Source of the DNA: Octopus bimaculoides
Taxonomy: Eukaryota
Reading direction: 5' to 3'
Assembly: GCF_001194135.2 (NCBI RefSeq)
Contig: NC_068994.1
Location: 22,727,887 to 22,791,886 of the forward strand
DNA length: 64,000 nt
Shown piece by piece: positions 35,571 through 46,555 of this stretch (the first letter of the stretch is position 1; every line of letters begins with the position of its first letter). The translations under genes were made by a program, and so were the position numbers. Below the pieces are notes generated by a model. That model ran no database searches. It saw nothing but the letters and a program-made list of their open reading frames with translations, and was not told the origin of the DNA.

Positions 35571-36656
35571 ATAATAAAACTTTTTCCCTATTTCTGTTTA
35601 ACTAACTCACATAGTTTACACAGAGTTTAATGATAGATTTTTCATTCTCTGTATTACTATAACTTTTCACTGATTATTTTCTATTTTTAACATCTTACAC
35701 TCTCTACTAATTTTATTCCTATGGAATTAATTTAATTTAATTTAATTTCAACTCTGATTTAATTATATATGCATTCCCTTGGGTGGGGTCATATACCTAT
35801 GTATTTTGTCAACATATCTCTTATACCTAGCTTTACTTTTCTCATTTATAACTAAACATTGATTTCATGAGTACTAAATTTATTAAATTTTAACTATCAA
35901 TTCACCTAATGATGTTTAGCATAATTTCTGAGTTAGGTCATTAACCCTACGTTCTTATTCTCATCTTTCAAAGTCCTTTTTTCGTAATGTTTTTTTTTTT
36001 TGTTTCTTGAAAATATTTCTGAGAGTATAATAGTAATTACTACTGTTATCTGAACATTTATCTTTCTTCTCATATATATTGAGTAAATTTCAACCTTTTT
36101 AACTTGTTAGCATTAATGACCTAAATATTACAATAGATCATATGTAGGGGAATTAATGAGATTCTTTGTCCCCATGGTTTTATTACTTTTGTTTTTCTTC
36201 AGTTGTATGTCAACTTAGTAACTTAGTATGTCATTTATTGCTCTGATCATCTAAGTCACCCTCACTCATTGTATTTATAAGACTGTAGCCACCTTTGTGC
36301 ACTGTATTACTATTGTTGATTGTCATGAAGAGATGACTGGTGGTATTTTCATTTGACATAGTATGGTTTTATAGAATCCTTATATGACATGTTTTTTAAT
36401 CATTTTTCTATGATCCAGCATGTTGATTGATTGAGAACAGTTCCACCAGTTATCAAAATGATCATAACTGATTAGTAAAAGTGATACTGCTATTGTTTTC
36501 CCTTTTTCATTTTATTATGTGTGTGTGTGTACGTACATATTTATATGTATATATGCACATATATATATATATATATGCACACACATATATATGTATTAAA
36601 GAATAAGTGTTTTAGTCATTTGACTGTGGCCATGCTGGATTCTCTGAGAAGATCCA

Positions 36657-37395
36657 GTATAACCAACTTAATGCTAGCAGTAATACAACATGTAGAACTA
36701 GGACTAGGAAGGTTTTGTGATTTAAGCCAGCTTTCAATATGGCCGTAAAAACAAATATGGGTAGGGAATTCTTAAAATTAGTCTCTAGACATTTTCAATC
36801 TAGCCATAAGTTTTATAGAATATTTAATAGAAGAACGTTTAAGATCAGCTATTCTTGCTGCAAAAACTTTGCCTCTTTTATTAACCAACACAACAATAAG
36901 ATAATTGCAAATAACCAGAGTGCTGATTCTTTTCCTAAAAATTTCAATTGCAAAGATGGGACCTCTTGTCCGTTGGATGGAAAATGTCTGGAGAAAGGAA
37001 TCGTGTATAGAGCCAAAGTGCAGATAGAAGGCTCACACAAATATAGAACTTACACAGGGGCTTCTGAAAATTCTTTCAAAACCCAATTTTATTCTCATAG
37101 AAATTCCTTCCGATACCCTGAAAATAGGACAAAGACCAGCCTGGCAAAATATGTCTGGGAATTAAAAGAAAACGAAATCCAACATTTGAACGTGACAGGG
37201 AGAATTTTAGATAGAGCATCACCTTACAGACATGGTGCGCATAAAAAACCCATCAAATGTGATTTATGTCTGTTGGAGAAATTCTATATTTTATTCCAGG
37301 ACAATAGTGCTTTTAATCAAAGACACAAACTCTTGAATTCCTGCAGACATGCACCAAAATTCAAAATGTCAGCTAACAATATACCATATGGATAG
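36657..37395 (+). mobile_element. Penelope-like element (Neptune-type) C-terminus with GIY-YIG endonuclease, 5'-truncated
   Basis: CPLDGKCLEKGIVYRAKV..YTGASENSFK..HRNSF..TSLAKYVWELK..CDLCLLEKFYIL..NQRHKLLNSCRH. The upstream frame reads RKVL*FKPAF (conserved W of W-F-N-P-P changed to TGA at 36718), so it is a pseudo-ORF. Confidence 0.92.
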
Positions 37396-38687
37396 TATAT
37401 AATTTTTGATTCTTGAACTAGTTTTCAATCACACTGTTGGATTTGTATCTTATAATACATGATTTATTTCGCATCGCAAAGATATTGTATATATTTCGAC
37501 ATATTTCTTAAGAAAACCTTCGACTGTTATATGCATATATTATTTTCATGTTTAAGATTCTATTTTTATTTTATTTCATTTTATTGTATTTTATAAACCC
37601 ATTTAATTGTTTAATTTATAGATAATTCAATATATGGTGTTCTATTTTGCATGTCTTTTATCCAATTTTTATTATTATACACTCAGCAATTCTTAAAAAA
37701 AGTTGTTTGTGTATATATATGTCAGGACCAAGATATGTTTTTATGTGGATGTCTGTATTGTTGGCATGCATATATATGTGTATGTTGCATCTATGTATGT
37801 GTAAGTAAGCAGGTATGTTTATACTTGTGCACATACATACATGGATGTATATGTATGCATGTATACACTTATATTTGTGTGGATGTGTATTTACGTGCAT
37901 ATTTCCACATATTTATATGTGATCTTATATGTGTATTTATGCTAATATACACTTTTGTATACACATATTTATTTATTTATTTATGTGTTTCAGCCAAGTG
38001 GCTGCGGTCACCTATCTTTCTTTTTTCTTTCCTTATGAGAAGTATCCTTTCTTTCCCTATTCATTACTTGTATAGCATCCTTTAACAATGCGTTCCTCTT
38101 CTCTCCCCCTTACTTACCTCTTTCCTTCACTAACTGTTATGTTTTGGATCCTTCCTTTTCCTTTCCCCCTCCCTACATTTAAGATATACTTCTCATCTAT
38201 ATAACTTCTATATGTATACACCAAGAGATTTTCGTATGCAGGCATGGTTGTGTGCATATATGTACATGTGTATATGTGTATTTGTGCATATATTTGTCTT
38301 ACATATATATGCCTGTATATGTATGTAGTCTGTGTGTACGCATCTGTGTATTTTGATGTATATATGTATATTACAGATGGTCTAGTATGTGTATATACTG
38401 TTTTAAAATATGTAATGCAGCGTGAACATTTTAATTTTAATTTTAATGTATTAATTGAATTATATTTTGTATATAATTATTTACAATATGTATTTTGAAT
38501 CCACTTTTCGGTTTAAGGTTTTCTTCAATTTTCATAATAGGATGAATTTATATTGAACTCATTTATTTTGTTTATTTTGTTTGTTGCATGCTTAAGACCG
38601 TTAATTGAAAGGACCAATGAAACAAATCCATTTTTAAAGGTGTATCCTTTAACTAGTTTTGATTATATCGTTATTTCTGTTCTATTT

Positions 38688-38743
38688 TAACAAAACCTGT
38701 CTGACGAACGGGAACATGAAACTCTGAGTAACAGCTTTTGTTA
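38688..38743 (+). ncRNA. Minimal type-I hammerhead ribozyme motif downstream of the Penelope endonuclease ORF
   Basis: TAACAAAACCTGT-CTGACGA-ACG GGAA CAT-GAAA-CTCTGAG-TA-ACAGCTTTTGTTA. 13-bp stem I with one mismatch, GNRA-capped stem II with one mismatch, helix III ACTC-T-GAGT, GUA triplet (after 38730). Confidence 0.85.
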
Positions 38744-38849
38744 TATTTCTGCTGCTTTTAAATAAAGCATATTACTCTACCTCTGGTATTTGAGTACTCT
38801 TTTTTCCACTTCGTTTCACATTTATGTGCTTACTCCGGTATATACATAC

Positions 38850-38897
<48 letters not shown>

Positions 38898-38899
<2 letters not shown>

Positions 38900-39510
38900 G
38901 ATGGGGTTCTTTTAGTGTATCAAATCCAGTCACAAGGCTTTGATTGGGCAGAGGTTTTAGTAGAAGACACTTGGCCAAAGTGCCATGCAGTGGGACTGAA
39001 CCCAGAACCATGTGGTTGGGAAGCAATCTTCTTACCACACAACCACTCTTGTGCCTGTATATATATATTCTTTTATTCTTTTACTTGTTTCTGTCATTTG
39101 ACTGCAACCATGCTGAAGCACCACCTTTAGTCGAACAAATTGACCCCAGGACTTATTCTTTGCAAGCCTAGTACTTATTCTATTAATCTCTTCTGCTGAA
39201 CCACTAAGTTATGGGGACATAAACACACCAACATCGGTTGTCAAGCTGTGGGGGGGGGGGGCAAACACAAATACACACACACACATACGACAGGCTTCTT
39301 TCAGTTTCCATCTATCAAATCCGCTCACAAGGCTTTGGTCAGCCCGAGGTTATAGAAGAAGACACTTGCCCAAGGTGCCACACAGTGGGGCTGAACATAC
39401 ATTCATATTTTATCTTTTACTTGTTTCAGTCATTAGACTGCAGCCACGCTCAGACACTACCTTGAAGAATTTTAGCCAAACGAATTGATTCCAGTACTTA
39501 TTATTGTTTG
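38898..39510 (-). mobile_element. Cluster of three partial CORE-type SINE copies
   Basis: 5' half 38898-39058, near-complete copy 39068-39385, 3' piece 39410-39505. Confidence 0.85.
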
Positions 39511-39519
39511 TGTAGAGGT

Positions 39520-39659
39520 CTTTGCTACTACAATTATCTTGTGGTTATTTTCCAGAGATAATTGTAGTAGCAAAGGTGGATATATATCATATCGTATCCG
39601 GAGTACTCTGTACTCCGGATACGATATGATATATATCTCCGGAAAATACCCACAAAGAT
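39520..39659. repeat. Three interlocking inverted repeats (20-bp and 28-bp perfect stems plus a 16/18 loop-tail pairing)
   Basis: 39520-39539 pairs with 39556-39575; 39579-39606 pairs with 39610-39637; 39541-39558 pairs with 39636-39653. Confidence 0.95.
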
Positions 39660-39800
39660 TCTTTACATGGATGTTTACTGCTGGAATGAAGCTACACTCC
39701 AAGTACTGTTTCTTCTTTGTTCTTTTTTCAGCGCATCTCTCTCACTTCTTACTACAAATCTCCTCTTATAGATGTAATAATCCATTCCTCTACTATTACC

Positions 39801-39849
39801 GTCTCCGATGAAGGGATACATTGGATTTTCCCTGAAACAGCTGTAAGAC
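39801..39849 (+). ncRNA. Minimal type-I hammerhead ribozyme motif (CCGAUGA core variant)
   Basis: GTCT-CCGATGA-AGGGA tacattggattt TCCCT-GAAA-CAGCTG-TA-AGAC; palindromic helix III ACAGCTGT, GUA triplet (after 39845). Confidence 0.82.
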
Positions 39850-39912
39850 TTTATCCATAAAATATATTTCTAACTTTGCCATTGGTCTCTTTATCTTTTT
39901 CTTTCTTTATAC

Positions 39913-39953
<41 letters not shown>

Positions 39954-40669
39954 NNNNNNNNNNNNNNNNNNNNNNNNNNNNNNNNNNNNNNNNNNNNNNN
40001 NNNNNNNNNNNNNNNNNNNNNNNNNNNNNNNNNNNNNNNNNNNNNNNNNNNNNNNNNNNNNNNNNNNNNNNNNNNNNNNNNNNNNNNNNNNNNNNNNNNN
40101 NNNNNNNNNNNNNNNNNNNNNNNNNNNNNNNNNNNNNNNNNNNNNNNNNNNNNNNNNNNNNNNNNNNNNNNNNNNNNNNNNNNNNNNNNNNNNNNNNNNN
40201 NNNNNNNNNNNNNNNNNNNNNNNNNNNNNNNNNNNNNNNNNNNNNNNNNNNNNNNNNNNNNNNNNNNNNNNNNNNNNNNNNNNNNNNNNNNNNNNNNNNN
40301 NNNNNNNNNNNNNNNNNNNNNNNNNNNNNNNNNNNNNNNNNNNNNNNNNNNNNNNNNNNNNNNNNNNNNNNNNNNNNNNNNNNNNNNNNNNNNNNNNNNN
40401 NNNNNNNNNNNNNNNNNNNNNNNNNNNNNNNNNNNNNNNNNNNNNNNNNNNNNNNNNNNNNNNNNNNNNNNNNNNNNNNNNNNNNNNNNNNNNNNNNNNN
40501 NNNNNNNNNNNNNNNNNNNNNNNNNNNNNNNNNNNNNNNNNNNNNNNNNNNNNNNNNNNNNNNNNNNNNNNNNNNNNNNNNNNNNNNNNNNNNNNNNNNN
40601 NNNNNNNNNNNNNNNNNNNNNNNNNNNNNNNNNNNNNNNNNNNTGTGTGTATGAAAGAGAGAGAGAGAG

Positions 40670-40997
40670 TAAATACTACATGCACGCTACGTCAATACCG
40701 GAAGTTGACATTTCATCACAAGTATGTAAGCATTTGGTACAAAAACGTCCAAATAGAGAGTGAAGCTTTGTGCCGTTGTTACGTCAATACCAGAAGTTGA
40801 CATTGAGGAACCTTTTTAAAGAAGTGAATCATAAATATAAAGCAATATTATTTATTTTTAATAAAAAAAATCAAATGAAGAGCCTAACATTTATCCGAGG
40901 TCAAATTATTCATGCATCACAAGTATGGAAGTAAATGGTGAAGCCGTTTTCACGTGATAAGCGAATACACACACATCTCTATTTTATATATTAGAGA
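40670..40997 (-). mobile_element. Helitron-like element 5' end with internal 25-bp direct repeats
   Basis: Minus strand begins A|TCTCTAATATATAAAATAGAGATGTGTGTG; TACGTCAATACC(G/A)GAAGTTGACATT at 40688-40712 and 40780-40804. Confidence 0.55.
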
Positions 40998-41011
40998 TAT
41001 ATATGTATATA

Positions 41012-41612
41012 TATGAGGTGATGAAGCACGACCGTCGAACATTAGGCCTCACCGAGGCAATGACTAGTGACCGAGACCTTTGGAAATATGCTGTGCTTGA
41101 GAAGACCCAGCAAGCCAAGTGAGACCATAACCCGTGGACTATGCCAGTGGTGTAACCAGCCCACTTAGGTGTACCTTTCTTTCATTGGGCACTAAACTCG
41201 GTTTGCAAAGACCTGTTGAGGCAAGTGAAATTGAAATCAAATTCAATGACAGCACCACATGACTGGCATCCGTGCTAGTGGAGCACTAAGAGCACCATCC
41301 AAGCATGATCATTGCCAGGGCCGCTGACTGGCCCCTGTGCCAGTGGTATGTAAAAAGCACAATTTGAGCATGATCGTTACCAGCGTCGCTTTAGGTGACA
41401 CATAAAAACACCAGTTGAGCGTGGCCGTTGCCAGTGGCATGTAAAAGCACCCACTACACTCTCGGAGTAGTTGGCATTAGGAAGGGCATCCAGCTGTAGA
41501 AATTCTGCCAAATTAGGCTGGAGCCTGGTGTTGCCATCCGGTTTCACCAGTCCTCAGTCAAATCGTCCAACCCATGCTAGCATGGAAAGCGGACGTTAAA
41601 CGATGATGATGA
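41012..41612 (+). mobile_element. RTE LINE 3' end (ORF2 terminus, 3' UTR, (GAT)n tail)
   Basis: EVMKHDRRTLGLTEAMTSDRDLWKYAVLEKT, then the shared tail ending GGACGTTAAACGATGATGATGAT; tail repeated at 42054-42252 across the gap. Confidence 0.88.
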
Positions 41613-42374
41613 TAGGTAGATANNNNNNNNNNNNNNNNNNNNNNNNNNNNNNNNNNNNNNNNNNNNNNNNNNNNNNNNNNNNNNNNNNNNNNNNNNNNNN
41701 NNNNNNNNNNNNNNNNNNNNNNNNNNNNNNNNNNNNNNNNNNNNNNNNNNNNNNNNNNNNNNNNNNNNNNNNNNNNNNNNNNNNNNNNNNNNNNNNNNNN
41801 NNNNNNNNNNNNNNNNNNNNNNNNNNNNNNNNNNNNNNNNNNNNNNNNNNNNNNNNNNNNNNNNNNNNNNNNNNNNNNNNNNNNNNNNNNNNNNNNNNNN
41901 NNNNNNNNNNNNNNNNNNNNNNNNNNNNNNNNNNNNNNNNNNNNNNNNNNNNNNNNNNNNNNNNNNNNNNNNNNNNNNNNNNNNNNNNNNNNNNNNNNNN
42001 NNNNNNNNNNNNNNNNNNNNNNNNNNNNNNNNNNNNNNNNNNNNNNNNNNNNNGCGTGGCCGTTTTCGTGCGGGTGACACGTAAAAGCACCCACTACACT
42101 CTCTGAGTGGTTGGCATTAGGAAGGGCATCCAGCTGTAGAAATTCTGCCAAATTAGGCTGGAGCCTGGTGTTGCCATCCGGTTTCACCAGTCCTCAGTCA
42201 AATCGTCCAACCCATGCTAGCATGGAAAGCGGACGTTAAACGATGATGATGATAGGTAGATAGATAGATAGATAGGTCTAAAAGAGTGTAGAAAGTTAGA
42301 AATACCAGTGGAGAAGTTTGTGGGTGATGAGAGGAGACAGGATCAACTGGCGCAACCAGTTGAGTGTGTGATAT

Positions 42375-42530
42375 ATATAGGGAGAATTCACAAAAAAAAA
42401 CAACAGAGGAAGACAGGTGGTGTAGAAAACAAACAGATGTATTAGTATAATGCTCGGGAATTGGAAAAGTCTTTAACGTTTCAAGCCTACGCTCTTCCAC
42501 AGAAAGAAACAAGGAGAGAAAAAAAATGTG
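42375..42530 (-). mobile_element. Second copy of the Penelope-type terminal-repeat fragment (decayed hammerhead-like motif)
   Basis: GACAGGTGGTGTA...ATTAGTAT.A.GCTCGGGAAT.GGAAA.GTCTTT.ACGTTTC.AGC.TACGCTCTTC.ACAGAAAGAA shared with 26050-26225. Confidence 0.65.
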
Positions 42531-43613
42531 TGTAGTGGTTAGTGATCTATCATGGCGAATGCCGGATAGAAGGGTCACAAAGGAGAGCTAAGAAGAAGGG
42601 GAGATAACAAAGTAGTAGTGATTCCAGAATGAAGGTGCGCGTGTGTAAGAGAGTATGTATGCGCGTGTGAAAGAGGTCTGGTGATCTTGATGTGTGCGTG
42701 TGTATGTGTAGGTGTGAAAATTTGGGGATGGGAATAGATCAGTGCTGGTGTGTTGTGATGTGTTGTGTGGTATGGTGTAGTGTGGTGTGGTGTGATGGTG
42801 TTGGGAGGTGGAGAAAGCAAGGGTGGAGTTTGGGTTAGGCTGAGGGTGAGGGTAGAGGTGGGGTATGTGGGTAGGAAGAGGGTGTGGGTAGGGGTATGTG
42901 GGAGAGGGTGTATGGGATGGGAAGGACAGGGAAGGTGGAGTAGGGGTCGGTGGGCTTATGAGGGAGGGTTGATGATCAAGGGGGAAGGGGAAGGTGGGTA
43001 TGAGAGAAGAGAGTAAAAGAGAAAGAGAGTAGGGGTGAAGAGAAGTAGGAGTTGGAGCAAGAGAGGAGAGGTGAGTGGGAGGAAGTAGGAGGAAACAGAA
43101 GAGAGGCAAGGGGAGGAGAGTTGAGTCCATATGGTGCAAAGGAGCAAAGAGAGAAGATTAATCCCTGTTATTGCCTCTTCTCTATCTATCATTATCTTTC
43201 TAGCAATTCTGAGACACATTCTCTTATGTAGATAAGGGCTGGATATATGGTCCCAGTAATATAGCAGCAGGGGAGAGTATCTGACATTAATTAATTTATC
43301 ACTACCTACAAGAACTTAACTGTCGGTTAACCCAATGGATTTGATTCTAAGGGGTTGTAGACAACATGCTGCATTAAGTCTTTTGATAAAGATAAATATA
43401 AATGTAGCTATATCACCATTCCTCTTGACCCCCATTATTTTCTTCTGCCACTCTAAATTATATTAGGCTTTAGGTATACACTTTCTTCCCTAAATTCATT
43501 CTGCCACAAAAATAGCAAAACAAAATAATGTAATTATTTTAGTCCCTTGTACTGATGAAAATTTGCTAAAAAATAATGGTTTATACTTTATGTTGGAAAT
43601 CTATATGGTCATC

Positions 43614-43700
43614 TGCATCCGAGGAGACCGGTTTCTTTCAAATTGATGTAATGCTTACATTGATCAATTAAATGGAGCCGCTTGAAACGGCCATATTGCA
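43614..43700 (+). ncRNA. Degenerate type-I hammerhead motif with long stem II
   Basis: TGCAT-CCGAGGA-GACCGGTTTC...GGAGCCGCTT-GAAA-CGGCCA-TA-TTGCA. Helix III ACGGCCAT is one transition from the palindrome ACGGCCGT; stem I has a closing mismatch. Confidence 0.6.
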
Positions 43701-43734
43701 CTGATGCCTGGACATCCTTGTTACTTATTTGTTT

Positions 43735-43785
<51 letters not shown>

Positions 43786-44537
43786 NNNNNNNNNNNNNNN
43801 NNNNNNNNNNNNNNNNNNNNNNNNNNNNNNNNNNNNNNNNNNNNNNNNNNNNNNNNNNNNNNNNNNNNNNNNNNNNNNNNNNNNNNNNNNNNNNNNNNNN
43901 NNNNNNNNNNNNNNNNNNNNNNNNNNNNNNNNNNNNNNNNNNNNNNNNNNNNNNNNNNNNNNNNNNNNNNNNNNNNNNNNNNNNNNNNNNNNNNNNNNNN
44001 NNNNNNNNNNNNNNNNNNNNNNNNNNNNNNNNNNNNNNNNNNNNNNNNNNNNNNNNNNNNNNNNNNNNNNNNNNNNNNNNNNNNNNNNNNNNNNNNNNNN
44101 NNNNNNNNNNNNNNNNNNNNNNNNNNNNNNNNNNNNNNNNNNNNNNNNNNNNNNNNNNNNNNNNNNNNNNNNNNNNNNNNNNNNNNNNNNNNNNNNNNNN
44201 NNNNNNNNNNNNNNNNNNNNNNNNNNNNNNNNNNNNNNNNNNNNNNNNNNNNNNNNNNNNNNNNNNNNNNNNNNNNNNNNNNNNNNNNNNNNNNNNTTTT
44301 GTGCAAAAGTGTCATAAGTCCAAAACATTGCTTTTTCAGAAAATGAAAAAATAGTTTCACCATTCCATAGCAAAACCGTTGTACTACACTTTGACAATTT
44401 TTGATATCTTGGCATCTGAAGCAGCTAGATATATGATAGTTTGACCAAAAGAACCAGCTATTGCAAGCAAAAATAAATAATGAAACAAACACATTTGGCC
44501 AAATTTGGACATATATCAATTTAACTTAATAGCAACG

Positions 44538-44571
<34 letters not shown>

Positions 44572-45120
44572 ATAAAGCATTAAGTCAGGAGGTGTGTTAG
44601 GTGAAGACAGATTTATATCATCACATGACTTCCATTTGATTACACCCATTTCACAACCTTATTGATTGCAAGGAATCACACATACATTTGCATTATTATG
44701 TATGCTCAGCATTATGCAGTACAATTGTACATTCACAAATCAATGCATATAAAAATGCTAGCTGATCAGATCACCAGAACATCATGGTTACATCAAGAGT
44801 TCAACTCTAAATGTACACACAAAATTCACTCCTTATATTTACAATGCACAGAAGGTATGAATTGGCCAAAATATAATTTTCTCACTACAGAATAATTTAT
44901 TGCCTATATTTTATGGATTTTCATTTACACAGACACTTTACACTACCTTGTAATTAATTACTTGGTGGACTGATTACCGAGTCTGTAGGAGGAGCTTACA
45001 GTGATAGTGATAGTCATATGACTCTATGAATCCATATTTTAAACTCCTCTTTATATATATCTCTCTCTCTATATATATATACACACACACACTCATACAT
45101 ACCTACATATATACATACAT

Positions 45121-45240
<120 letters not shown>

Positions 45241-46129
45241 ATACATACCCCGCTGTGGAACTGAACTCAAAATCTTGTATTTGGGAAGCAAGCTTCTGAA
45301 CCACTCATCCATACCTATATATACATATATATTTGTAACAAAATCTCCCTAAACTAGAAACCTTTAAATACATATTATTCTAGCCATAATTAAAATCCCA
45401 ATGAAGGTCAGTCATGCAATATCAATGTATGGAATAATGTAAACAACAAAACTACCTGAAACCAAGAACACTTGGACAGGTTCAACTGTATGAGAATAAA
45501 AGACAAAACAACAAAAACACAAGCTATAAAAGATTCACAAAGAAGTACATCAAACACATATTCCCATCATCTGCTGCCAAATGGATATCATTATCATTTC
45601 AATACCTGGGCAGTACCGTTCAATCTGGTGGTGTTAACAGCTTTAAAAACATAAATACTGTTTTGGAACTAACAGACAAGAAGTATGAGTGAATCAGTAA
45701 CCTAATATTTTCCGTTATATCTATACCTGATTATTAATACAATTAGAAACATTGAAACTCAAATATAAATCATTTCATTACTATAGCAACAAATTACAGA
45801 TATGATGTATATCACACACACACACACCTCTTATATATATACATACATATATCTGTGTGTATTTGCCTATATACATATTACAGAAAGAGAGAATGAGAGA
45901 GAGAGATAGATAGCAACTTCTATTAACACCTACTGCAAGCAGTACCCATTGTTGCCACATTTGTTTCAAGTATGTAGACCCCTAGCAGAACTGAAAGTTC
46001 ACATCCATGCTGCTATGTCTTAAGAGAAGACTCAAGCAATGACTTTGTTTGAAAGTGATTTCTAGTTATCATTCTGAATGCATGTATCTATGTATATAAA
46101 TACATACATTATAGGTACAGGTATAGCCA

Positions 46130-46440
46130 TGTGGTGATTTTGCATCTGAACTGGTCAACCAAACGCTTGTGAGTGGATTTCGTTGATGGAGACTGAAAGA
46201 AAACTCTTTTGTGTGTGTGTGTGTGTGTGTTTTGTATCATGAAATAGTTATAAATGAGTATCAGTATTATACAGAGCCCTTTGTTTCCAGTCTTCTGTAA
46301 AAACATATCTGGCTACAGGGAAATATTAACTAAATAGAAACAGGTAGGGGTTGGCAACAGGAAGGTAGAAAATCTGCCACAACAAAATCCGTCTGACCCA
46401 TGCAAACATGAAAAATGAACGTTAAAATGGCGATGATGCT
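46130..46440 (+). mobile_element. SINE/RTE-tail composite remnant
   Basis: CTTGTGAGTGGATTTCGTTGATGGAGACTGAAAGA, then GACCCATGCAAACATGAAAAATGAACGTTAAAATGGCGATGATG. Confidence 0.65.
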
Positions 46441-46483
46441 GATATATATACATACATGCAACATGCATGCATGTATGTATGTA

Positions 46484-46555
<72 letters not shown>

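Noticed and set aside
41461-42260. Apparent tandem duplication of an RTE tail on both sides of the N gap
   Set aside because: The two copies are nearly identical including the downstream GATAGGTAGATA flank; most likely the same locus or two haplotypes assembled twice across the gap.
39876-44519. Long ORFs containing X runs (also 24528-25039 and 55665-56577)
   Set aside because: Artefacts of translating N gaps.
44965-45030. Possible hammerhead GAGT CTGTAGGA...GATAGTCATATGACTC with a 12-nt palindrome
   Set aside because: Both core segments deviate, and stem I overlaps the palindrome; cannot be folded into a valid motif.
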